In this document: in pieces, positions 52,065 to 60,139 of the stretch
Layout of the letters: every line of letters begins with the position of its first letter
Numbering within the stretch: position 1 is the stretch's first letter
Origin: Saprospiraceae bacterium
Lineage (GTDB): Bacteria > Bacteroidota > Bacteroidia > Chitinophagales > Saprospiraceae
Direction of reading: 5' to 3'
NCBI GenBank assembly: GCA_024762995.1
Contig: JANTGI010000001.1
Coordinates: forward strand, 29,971-93,970
DNA length: 64,000 nt
Made by a program: the position numbers and the translations under genes
Notes under the pieces: model-generated
What the model was told of the DNA's origin: nothing
The model's input: only the letters and a program-made list of their open reading frames with translations
The model's database searches: none

Positions 52065-53180
52065 ATGAATATTGGTTTTGATGCGAAAAGACTTTTTAAT
52101 AATTTTACCGGATTGGGTAATTATTCGCGGACTTTATTAAAAAATCTTCTGGAGTTTTATCCGAATAATTCATATCATCTTTATACTCCAAAATATAAAT
52201 CTAATTCACAGACTCAATTTTTTTTAAAATCGCCCTACCAACTTTTTTTTCCGAAGTTTCCTAAACTCCTATGGCGTAGTTACTTGATAACCAATCAATT
52301 AAAAAAAGATAATATCGATCTATATCACGGGTTGAGTCATGAGCTTCCACTAAATGTTAAAAATTCAGGAATAAAAAGCGTAGTGACAATTCATGATTTG
52401 ATTTTTAAAAAATATCCCCAAACCTTCCCCTTGATTGATAGAAGTATTTATGATTTTAAATTCAAAAGAGCTTGCGCAAATGCGGATACAATCGTGGCCA
52501 TTAGCGAAAGCACCAAAAAGGATATTGTTGAATTGTATGATATTGACCACGCAAAAATAAAAGTCGTCTATCAAAGTTGTCAGCCCTTATACTATCAACC
52601 TTCGAGCCTTGCGGAAAAAGAAATCAAAGCGCTGTACGGGATTCCGGATGAATATTTATTATTTGTCGGAAGCGTGGAGACCCGCAAGAATGTAAAGTTG
52701 TTGATTGAAGCTTACCGCCATCTTCATAAAGATTTTAGAATCCCCCTGGTTATTGTTGGAAGACCTAGGCAGGGGATTCAAGAAATTCGAGCTTTAATTG
52801 AGTCGGTTGGTATGGCGCACCTAGTCATTTGGATTGAAAATTTATCTGATAACGAACATCTTCAAGTCCTTTATCAAGAAGCCCAAGCATTCATTTATCC
52901 ATCTTTATACGAAGGTTTTGGACTTCCGGTAGTCGAAGCACTCTTGAGCCGGACGCCCGTAATTACTTCAAACGTGAGCTCACTCCCTGAAGCAGGCGGC
53001 CCTAATTCGCTGTATATCAACCCATTAGAATCAGAAGATTTAGCGCAAGCCATCGAAAAAGTACTAACGGATGTTGGTTTGCGGCAGACGATGATTGCGA
53101 AAGGTTTTGAGTATGCGCATTCAAGATTTGGACGTCGAGTGGTGACAGATACTTTGGTCGATATTTATTTGGGTACATAG
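52065..53180 (+). CDS. GT4-family glycosyltransferase
   Basis: 371 aa GT-B fold. It has the C-terminal EGFGLPVVEAL motif (E-X7-E region). Its start is 3 nt after the GGGPS stop. Confidence 0.85.
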   Translation: MNIGFDAKRLFNNFTGLGNYSRTLLKNLLEFYPNNSYHLYTPKYKSNSQTQFFLKSPYQLFFPKFPKLLWRSYLITNQLKKDNIDLYHGLSHELPLNVKNSGIKSVVTIHDLIFKKYPQTFPLIDRSIYDFKFKRACANADTIVAISESTKKDIVELYDIDHAKIKVVYQSCQPLYYQPSSLAEKEIKALYGIPDEYLLFVGSVETRKNVKLLIEAYRHLHKDFRIPLVIVGRPRQGIQEIRALIESVGMAHLVIWIENLSDNEHLQVLYQEAQAFIYPSLYEGFGLPVVEALLSRTPVITSNVSSLPEAGGPNSLYINPLESEDLAQAIEKVLTDVGLRQTMIAKGFEYAHSRFGRRVVTDTLVDIYLGT

Positions 53181-53315
53181 AAGATTGCATGTTCTAATCT
53201 AACCGCTCCCTTAAAAGAAACCGGAGAGACTCCTATATTTTTCTTTCAATGGTTTGGTCAATAAAGCTACATTTGATTGTCATGAAAATGTAATCCCCTG
53301 AAGTATCCGAAGCGG

Positions 53316-53450
53316 TAGAATTTCATCAAGACTTATAGAGACGAGACCGTACAGAATAGAACGAAAGTCCCGGTCTGTATAGCACAAATTTTAGGCGTGC
53401 AATTGGTAGGGCTCTGGTAAAGCATGCTTATGCGCCGTGCCGTTGGGCAC
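53316..53450. repeat. second copy of the dispersed hairpin-containing repeat
   Basis: 53316-53396 aligns to 9508-9583 at roughly 80% identity, including a degenerate hairpin TACAGAATAGAAC-GAAA-GTCCCGGTCTGTA and the identical ACAAATTTTA. A 21-nt module, GCTTATGCGCCGTGCCGTTGG, is the inverted counterpart of 9588-9606. Confidence 0.7.
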
Positions 53451-53533
53451 TATTCGTATACTTCCCCTTCCTTTACACGATTGTTCATGCATTCATAATA
53501 ATAAAATGAACTTAGCTTAATTATTAACCATGA

Positions 53534-54940
53534 CTACGGTGTTTTTTTCCGAAAGGTCAAGCAATACTGATGAAAGGTATTGCTCACAAAGGTATATCCA
53601 TATCCGTATGGTGCCAATCTTAAGTCATCTTGGAGCCAAAAAAATTCAGGAAGTAAGGTAAAATGTTCTTGTAGTTTCCAAGCTAAATCATCCGCTAAGG
53701 GGTAGCTTTTGCCCTTTTTTTTAATATTCTTAACGATGATGGTGAGATAGGCTCCTGGGCTCATTTTTTGCGCCAGCTTAAAATAGATATTGCACAATTC
53801 ATCGACAAATTCATCGTATTCGGAGATATTACCAAGGTCATGGGTATCGTCAGAGTAATTTAATTGGAGACCTTTTGCTTTTCGTGTCGCTTGATTTTCC
53901 GCTCCTTTCATGTTGAGCATGTCCCAATAGGGTGGGGAGGTGAAAAGATAATCTATCGGTGGAAAATCTCTTTTGGTTATTCTACGTGCGTCTTTGAGTA
54001 GTAGTTTATGTTTGGGTTTTTGCGTAAGCGTCTCCACCAAAGTCGTAATCCGGGTATGGGCAATTTCTATAAAAAAAGCGCTTAACTCAGTGCCGTAGCC
54101 ATTTCGATTTGTTTGTAATGCGGCTAATTGAGTGGAGCCGGTACCCGACATTGGGTCAAAAACATTGGCTTTTGGCCGGGTGAATCTTTCGATAAAAAAT
54201 TGGGCCACTTCTTCCGGGAATTTTGCGGGATGAAGGATTTCATTTTTGTTGCGTCGCTTTGGGCGAAATATCTTCCAGTTTGGTACTTCAGTCTTAAATT
54301 GATTTTTTTCTAATTTAATTTTTTGGAAAAAATTAATATCGGGCATGGAAAATTCGCCAGGACTATGTTCATCCTTTCGGAAATAAGAAAAGTAGTAGGT
54401 AGCTTGGGTAAAAGGGGCATATTTTTTTGCGGAAGCGTGGGGATTTTCATAACAACCGATTTTTTCATCTCGCCGACTTAGCCCGGTGGCAAGCATCTTG
54501 CTCATGTCCCAAGCAAAGGGTAAGTAATGGCCCCGATGCAAGGTGTTTTGGTGCATAATGGATAAAAAACGACGGTGAATTAAATATGGATAAAGGGTTT
54601 GGGCCCACTCAAGGACTTCTTTTTTTAGTTTTCGGTAGGCGGACAGCGAAAGATTTTCTTCTTGGCGACGGATGTCTATTAAGATGAGTTGAAGCTCGGG
54701 TATCTTTTGAATAGACTTGGGGGAGAAGACTTTGATATTCAGTGACTTAGCTACTTTTTTTATGGTTTTTTCTCCTTGATTATCTCCAAAATAAAAAATA
54801 TTTTGTGGCAGGCTGTCGTCTAGTCGAAGGAAAAATCTTAAATTTGAGCGATAGGTTTCTTCATCTCCTTGATCAATAAACCACGATTTTTGAAAGGGGA
54901 GCCACTCTTTAGACGTAATATTATTAAACCGGTTTCTCAT
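53534..54940 (-). CDS. SPPY-motif (N4-C/N6-A type) methyltransferase, orphan
   Basis: The AdoMet motif I, FDPMSGTGST, is at nt 54131-54157 and is preceded by HPAKFP. The catalytic motif IV, TSPPYWD, has SPPY at nt 53927-53938. The ~235-aa N-terminal region has no recognisable motif. The ATG at 54940 is preferred over the TTG at 54949. Confidence 0.75.
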   Translation of the reverse strand: MRNRFNNITSKEWLPFQKSWFIDQGDEETYRSNLRFFLRLDDSLPQNIFYFGDNQGEKTIKKVAKSLNIKVFSPKSIQKIPELQLILIDIRRQEENLSLSAYRKLKKEVLEWAQTLYPYLIHRRFLSIMHQNTLHRGHYLPFAWDMSKMLATGLSRRDEKIGCYENPHASAKKYAPFTQATYYFSYFRKDEHSPGEFSMPDINFFQKIKLEKNQFKTEVPNWKIFRPKRRNKNEILHPAKFPEEVAQFFIERFTRPKANVFDPMSGTGSTQLAALQTNRNGYGTELSAFFIEIAHTRITTLVETLTQKPKHKLLLKDARRITKRDFPPIDYLFTSPPYWDMLNMKGAENQATRKAKGLQLNYSDDTHDLGNISEYDEFVDELCNIYFKLAQKMSPGAYLTIIVKNIKKKGKSYPLADDLAWKLQEHFTLLPEFFWLQDDLRLAPYGYGYTFVSNTFHQYCLTFRKKTP

Positions 54941-54960
54941 AGCCCGCAAATTACAAAAAA

Positions 54961-55485
54961 ATGCTTAAACTTAAAGATGAGCTTCGAAAAATAATACTTT
55001 TTGAGCATTCCAGAAAGCAAAGGGATAAGGTCGTGGATTGGGTGGGAGATAGTCGGCGGCGTTTTAGCGTGTTGATGGAATTATTTTTGGGTGATGAGTA
55101 TCGTGTCGTACAACGAGCGGCATGGGCGGTGCGCACCATCGGTGAAGCGCGACCACAATGGATGACCTCATACATCGGGCCTATGATTGAGTCCATTCAA
55201 AATCCTATCCATGATGCGGTGGTACGCAATGGTTTGTTGGTGTTGGTTGGGGTAAAAATTCCCAAGAGATATTGGGGGGAATTGGTGGAGATAGGATTTG
55301 ACTATTTGAGCAAGGTGACGACGCCCACGGCGATAAAGCGGGCGGCTTTATTGGTAGTGGCTCGAATAGTTGAGCAGGAGCCGGAATTGAGGGAAGAATT
55401 GGTGTTGGTATTGCAAGACCAAATACCTTATTCGACGGTTGGTTTTAAAGGGATTGCTACAAAGTATATAAAAAGATGGACGTAG
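54961..55485 (+). CDS. HEAT/armadillo-like repeat protein (DNA alkylation repair AlkD-like?)
   Basis: 174 aa and all-helical. The repeated helix-pair pattern with conserved W/R positions (RVVQRAAWAVR, IKRAALLVVARI) is reminiscent of AlkD-type HEAT-like repeats. The assignment is tentative. Confidence 0.45.
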   Translation: MLKLKDELRKIILFEHSRKQRDKVVDWVGDSRRRFSVLMELFLGDEYRVVQRAAWAVRTIGEARPQWMTSYIGPMIESIQNPIHDAVVRNGLLVLVGVKIPKRYWGELVEIGFDYLSKVTTPTAIKRAALLVVARIVEQEPELREELVLVLQDQIPYSTVGFKGIATKYIKRWT

Positions 55486-55487
55486 AT

Positions 55488-55529
55488 AAAAAAAAGACCC
55501 CGCTTCAACAGAAGCGGGGTCTCTTTTTT
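55488..55529. terminator. bidirectional rho-independent terminator
   Basis: An 11-bp GC-rich stem, GACCCCGCTTC-AACA-GAAGCGGGGTC, is flanked by an A-run (5') and a T-run (3'). It lies between convergent genes. Confidence 0.85.
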
Positions 55530-55553
55530 ATGGTTTATATTAACCGAAAAGGA

Positions 55554-56951
55554 TTAATACTTTACACCAAGTGCTTTCAAAGTTTTGAAGTCTAAGCTTC
55601 CGATAGGAAGACCATTAGCCTTTTGGAACTTAATTAAGGCAGATTTAGTATCTGCACCCATTACGTTATCCGCACCGGCAGGTCCAACATCATAACCTCT
55701 ATCCATCAAAGCCTTTTGGATTTGGCGGATAGTGTAGTTAGTGATATCGCTGTTACACAAAACTTTCTTCCATTCAGTGAAACCACCTTTCTTAACTAAT
55801 ACACGTCTTGTAACAGTAGTGTATTCTGCTGGAATAGTGACTGTACGTGTAGAAGGAGGCGTTTTCATTACTTTATGAGTCAAAGTAGCAGACTTAGAAG
55901 CAATAGCTTCTTCTCTTACAGTAGCAGGCTTAGATACAACAGTAGTTGTGTAAGTTGCATTTTGAGCAGGAATAACTTCTTCTCTTACAGTAGCAGGAGT
56001 CTTGACTCTCTTTACCTTAACATCTTTGTATTCAGCAGGAACAACAACTTCTCTTGTAGAAGCAGGAGTCTTAACTACTCTCTTCGTGATGTTTTTATAA
56101 ACAGCAGGAATTACTTCCTCACGAGTAGTAGGAGGTGTCTTTACAACTTTGTGCGTACGAGTACCCATCTTAGCAGGAATAACCACTTCTTTGATACAGT
56201 TAGAGTTAGGAGTACCGTCTCCGCCGGCACAACCGACATTTACACGCTTGGTAATTGTTCTGCTTTGAGCAGGTACTTCAACCAAACACCAAACTAAACA
56301 ATCGTCAGGATCTTCAGACAAACACTGCTTGTTTCCACGTTTCTTAACCCACTTCGTAGAAGCCGGCTTCACTTCAATAGTTTCAGTTTGAGTCTCATAC
56401 TTAGGAGTCAATATCTGAATACGCTTAGATTCTGGCTCAATGACATACGTTTCAGTTACTGTTTCGTACTCTCCTGCAACAGGAATGATACGCTTGTACT
56501 CAGGCTTCACCATTACTTTTTCAGTAACAGTTTCGTAGGTCGCAGGAATCGTTTCGATACGCTTGTATTCTGGGCGTGTCATCACTCTCTCGGTAGTTGT
56601 CTCAAATGTAGCAGGCACAGCAACTAATCTAGTAGATGGAGCTTTTGATACATAAGATACTTTTTCTGTTGAAAATTCAGCAGGTACTGCATAATATCTT
56701 GCAGATGCAGCTTTTTTCTGTACAGTTTCTGTAGTTGTTTCGTATGTAGCAGGAACTACTTCATAACGAACATCTTCAGCTTTAGTCATTACTTTCTCTG
56801 TTTGAGTCTCATATTGATCTTGAATCAAACATTTGGCATAACAACTGCCTGGTTCTCTTTCAACGGGCATATCGTCTCCAGGACCTGTCTGAGCAAATAC
56901 TGCTACAGAAAAAAACATAATAACGGCGAGTAAAAAATTAACTCTCTTCAT
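55554..56951 (-). CDS. secreted repeat protein with a C-terminal peptidoglycan-binding domain
   Basis: 465 aa with a signal peptide (FFSVAVFAQ). About 13 tandem ~23-aa repeats (VPAxYETxTExV...KP...R) fall into two blocks separated by a Cys-rich linker. The C-terminal PG_binding_1-like motif is IRQIQKALMDRGYDVGPAGADNVMGADTKSALIKFQKANGLP. Confidence 0.75.
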   Translation of the reverse strand: MKRVNFLLAVIMFFSVAVFAQTGPGDDMPVEREPGSCYAKCLIQDQYETQTEKVMTKAEDVRYEVVPATYETTTETVQKKAASARYYAVPAEFSTEKVSYVSKAPSTRLVAVPATFETTTERVMTRPEYKRIETIPATYETVTEKVMVKPEYKRIIPVAGEYETVTETYVIEPESKRIQILTPKYETQTETIEVKPASTKWVKKRGNKQCLSEDPDDCLVWCLVEVPAQSRTITKRVNVGCAGGDGTPNSNCIKEVVIPAKMGTRTHKVVKTPPTTREEVIPAVYKNITKRVVKTPASTREVVVPAEYKDVKVKRVKTPATVREEVIPAQNATYTTTVVSKPATVREEAIASKSATLTHKVMKTPPSTRTVTIPAEYTTVTRRVLVKKGGFTEWKKVLCNSDITNYTIRQIQKALMDRGYDVGPAGADNVMGADTKSALIKFQKANGLPIGSLDFKTLKALGVKY

Positions 56952-57056
56952 AGTCGGAAGCGTTTAAGTTAAGAATAAAAAATTTGTTTCAAAGTTGGTT
57001 TTAATCGGTTTGAAACTTGGCAAAGATAACAATCTTTTACAATTTCGATGGCAAAG

Positions 57057-58271
57057 TTAAGGTTTTATTTTTGGATAACAAATATAATATTTTTTTATCT
57101 GTCTGGTTCCTAGCTCATAATCCGCAAATTCTGACAATGGACTCACACTGTTGTCCTTAAATAAAATGTTGATTTCTTTTAGCGGATTGTAAGAAATGTT
57201 GGTTTGTATTCCGCTAAATAGCAATAAATCCAAATTTTCTTTGGTTTGAACTTCTGTTGATTGGGCTAATTTTGCTTTTATTTGGTCGAGATATTTTTTC
57301 TGAAAAGATGATTTTTGGTACTCTAATCTGAATAATTTTCTATTTTGTAAGCCCATTGTTAGGTAGCTTAATGCAAAATCTTCGTGTTCTGCAAAGGTTT
57401 TTATCGCCATTTGAATGTCACAATCGTCTAATTTAGCAAATAATTCTAACCATTTTGGGTTATGTCGGGCTTTCGCCAAATCGACATCTTCTTCCAATAA
57501 ACTGCTTAATGCCGGGGAAATATGGAACTTTTCGCCTTTTTGCGCAAGCTCCTTCGCCCGCTTAAAGGCATGGATGAGCATCAACTCCGCAGATAACACC
57601 GTTTTATGCAAATAAACTTGCCAGTACATGATGCGCCTTGCGGCTAAAAATTGCTCAATCGAATAAATCCCCTTTTCTTCGATAACTAGCTCATTATCAC
57701 GGACATCTAGCATTTTTATGATGCGTCCATAGCCAATGCGCCCTTCGATAACTCCCGTAAAATAGCTGTCTCTGTTTAAGTAATCCATCCGATCCATATC
57801 CAGTTGGCCGGACACAAGTTGATGTAAGAATTTTTTGGCGTAAGCATCCTTAAAAATCTCTATCGCCAACGACAATTGACCGTCAAATTCTTTATTGAGC
57901 CGATCCATAAAGAGCAAAGAAAGGTCTTCATGGCTAAAATCCACGATGGAATGCTCCAAGGTATGGCTTTGTGGCCCATGACCAATATCATGTAATAAAA
58001 TCGCTATGCCAACGGCTTCTTCTTCGGCAGGAGTGATATCCACCCCTTTGGCCTTCAGTATCCGTATGGCTTTGGTCATCAGATAATAGGCCCCCAGCGC
58101 ATGCTGAAATCGGTTGTGATTGGCTCCGGGATACACCAAATTGGTCAGTCCTAATTGACGAATCCGTCGCAGTCTCTGAAAGTAGGGGTGATCTACCAAG
58201 TCAAAAATAATTCCGTAAGGAACTTCGATAAACCCATAAACAGGGTCATTAAATATTTTTTTTCTACTCAT
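57057..58271 (-). CDS. HD-domain phosphohydrolase (dNTP triphosphohydrolase-like)
   Basis: 404 aa with HD-domain metal ligands (NRFQHALG, LLHDIGHGP) and DRMDYLNRD. The ATG at 58271 (MSRKKIFNDPVYG) is preferred. Confidence 0.8.
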   Translation of the reverse strand: MSRKKIFNDPVYGFIEVPYGIIFDLVDHPYFQRLRRIRQLGLTNLVYPGANHNRFQHALGAYYLMTKAIRILKAKGVDITPAEEEAVGIAILLHDIGHGPQSHTLEHSIVDFSHEDLSLLFMDRLNKEFDGQLSLAIEIFKDAYAKKFLHQLVSGQLDMDRMDYLNRDSYFTGVIEGRIGYGRIIKMLDVRDNELVIEEKGIYSIEQFLAARRIMYWQVYLHKTVLSAELMLIHAFKRAKELAQKGEKFHISPALSSLLEEDVDLAKARHNPKWLELFAKLDDCDIQMAIKTFAEHEDFALSYLTMGLQNRKLFRLEYQKSSFQKKYLDQIKAKLAQSTEVQTKENLDLLLFSGIQTNISYNPLKEINILFKDNSVSPLSEFADYELGTRQIKKYYICYPKIKP

Positions 58272-58319
58272 AGTCGAAATATGACACTCATTATGGGCGT
58301 TTTGGAACGGCAAAGTTCG

Positions 58320-58327
58320 TAATTTTG
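58320..58327 (+). promoter_or_regulatory. candidate -7 promoter box (TAatTTTG) upstream of porX
   Basis: TAATTTTG lies 167 nt upstream of the porX ATG, in the divergent spacer. Confidence 0.25.
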
Positions 58328-58493
58328 CGCATCATTTTTCCAAAATCGGTGTTTTAAGTGTCGTGGACACATTTATTTTAACATTTTAAGGCGATTTCTT
58401 TTTGTGTGCAAGGCATGGAAAGAAGCCATCAAAAATGTGATTTTAACAAGACCACTGACATATACTTTCGTAAATCACTTTAAAATATACCAA

Positions 58494-60059
58494 ATGAGTC
58501 TTGCAAAAATCCTTTGGGTCGATGATGAAATTGACCTGCTAAAACCGCATTTTCTTTTCTTACAGGCCAAAGGCTATGAATTAATCGCCGCTTCCAATGG
58601 ATATGATGCCATCGAAGAACTAGAAGAAAATCCGGATATCGATATTGTTTTTTTGGATGAGTCGATGCCGGGGATGACCGGTTTGGAGACTTTGCCGAAG
58701 CTAAAAATGAAAAATCCAACCGTGCCCGTGGTGATGATCACGAAAAATGAAGCGGAAAATGTCATGGAAGATGCCATCGGGGCACAAATCTCAGATTATT
58801 TGATTAAGCCCGTCAACCCCAATCAGATTTTGCTTACGCTAAAAAGAATCGTTGAGAAAAATCGGCTCGTCCGGGAAAAAACATCCATGGGTTACCAGCA
58901 GGAGTTTCGCAACATCTTCATGCGGATAAATAGTGGATTGAGTTTTGACGAATGGGTGGAAGTCTATAAGGAAATTGTGAGTTGGGAGCTAAAAATAGAT
59001 GCTTCAAAATCACACAATATGGGCGACATCTTGACCACCCAAAAATCGGAAGCCAACGCTTCTTTTTCGAAGTATATCAAAAAAAATTACATTGATTGGC
59101 ATCGGGGAACAAAGGAAGATCGCCCTGTCATGTCGCATGACTTGATGCGTGATAAGGTTTTTCCAAATATGAAGGACGGTGTGCCGACCATTATGTTATT
59201 GTTGGATAATCTGCGCTATGACCAATGGAAGGTCATCGAACCCATCATTTCCGAAAGGTTTAATGTCATCAATGAAGAAACTTTTTGTAGCATCTTGCCG
59301 ACCACTACGCAGTATAGCCGAAATGCAATTTTTGCGGGGATGATGCCGGCGGATATTGCTAAGCATCACAAACAGTATTGGAAAAATGACTACGAAGAAG
59401 GCGGGAAGAATAACTTTGAAGACAAGTTACTCCAAGCTCAAGTGAAGCGGACGCTCCGAAAAGAGATAAAATTAGATTATATCAAGGTTACTTCCGTAAG
59501 AAAAGCCAAACAATTGGTGGAAAATGCCCATAATATCTTGGATAATGATTTGACGGTCATTGTCTATAATTTTATTGACATGTTGTCGCACGCGCGGACA
59601 GAAATGGAAGTATTGAAAGAATTGGCCGGAGACGAGAAAGCATATCGCTCCTTGACTCGGTCATGGTTTTTGCATTCTCCGCTTTGGGCTACCTTACAAA
59701 AAGTGGCGGATAAGGACTTGCGCTTGATTATTGCGACTGACCATGGCACTATCCGTGTCAAAAAACCTTCCAAAATCATTGGCGACAAAGAAACAACCAC
59801 CAATTTACGCTACAAATCCGGTCGAAATCTCCGGTACGAAAGTAAAGATGTATTGGCCGTCAAGAAACCGGAAGATGTGGGTTTACCGACCCCTAATATT
59901 AGTTCCAGCTATGTTTTTGCCTTGGAAGATTTTTATTTTCTATATCCCAATAATTACACGAAGTTCAATAATTATTTCCGAAATACCTTCCAGCATGGCG
60001 GGGTTTCTTTGGAAGAGATGATTTGTCCTATTGTCGTCTTGGATAGTAAAGGGGCGTAG
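58494..60059 (+). CDS. porX: T9SS response regulator PorX (CheY receiver plus PglZ/alkaline-phosphatase-superfamily domain)
   Basis: 521 aa. The receiver has ILWVDDE and VFLDESMPGMTG. The C-terminal PglZ-type domain has LLLDNLRYDQW and IATDHGT. The architecture and length match PorX. Confidence 0.8.
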   Translation: MSLAKILWVDDEIDLLKPHFLFLQAKGYELIAASNGYDAIEELEENPDIDIVFLDESMPGMTGLETLPKLKMKNPTVPVVMITKNEAENVMEDAIGAQISDYLIKPVNPNQILLTLKRIVEKNRLVREKTSMGYQQEFRNIFMRINSGLSFDEWVEVYKEIVSWELKIDASKSHNMGDILTTQKSEANASFSKYIKKNYIDWHRGTKEDRPVMSHDLMRDKVFPNMKDGVPTIMLLLDNLRYDQWKVIEPIISERFNVINEETFCSILPTTTQYSRNAIFAGMMPADIAKHHKQYWKNDYEEGGKNNFEDKLLQAQVKRTLRKEIKLDYIKVTSVRKAKQLVENAHNILDNDLTVIVYNFIDMLSHARTEMEVLKELAGDEKAYRSLTRSWFLHSPLWATLQKVADKDLRLIIATDHGTIRVKKPSKIIGDKETTTNLRYKSGRNLRYESKDVLAVKKPEDVGLPTPNISSSYVFALEDFYFLYPNNYTKFNNYFRNTFQHGGVSLEEMICPIVVLDSKGA

Positions 60060-60095
60060 AAGCATGGCATGCGGTAGAGGCAAGGCATGGCATGA

Positions 60096-60125
60096 CGTAC
60101 AGACAAGGCATGCCTTGTCTGTACG
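60096..60125. terminator. 30-nt perfect palindrome, a probable bidirectional terminator between porX and ileS
   Basis: CGTACAGACAAGGCATGCCTTGTCTGTACG lies in an 80-nt CATG-dense spacer between convergent stop codons. Confidence 0.6.
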
Positions 60126-60139
60126 CCATGCATGCATGC

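Noticed and set aside
53350-53380. GAAAGTCCCGG and ACAGAA strings resembling the RNase P RNA conserved regions CR-I and CR-IV
   Set aside because: The two strings are in the wrong order and only ~15 nt apart. No P4 pairing partner and no other conserved RNase P regions are present in the 353-nt spacer. The sequence is explained by the dispersed hairpin repeat.
53534-55485. Methyltransferase plus neighbour as a type II restriction-modification pair
   Set aside because: The neighbour is a small all-helical HEAT-like protein. It has no PD-(D/E)xK, HNH or GIY-YIG type motif that I can see, and no other candidate nuclease is adjacent.
58494-60059. PglZ domain as a possible BREX phage-defence component
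   Set aside because: The PglZ domain is fused to a CheY receiver, which is the PorX architecture. No brxA/B/C, pglX-size methyltransferase or brxL is present. The only methyltransferase (53534-54940) is small, about 3.5 kb away and separated by unrelated genes.
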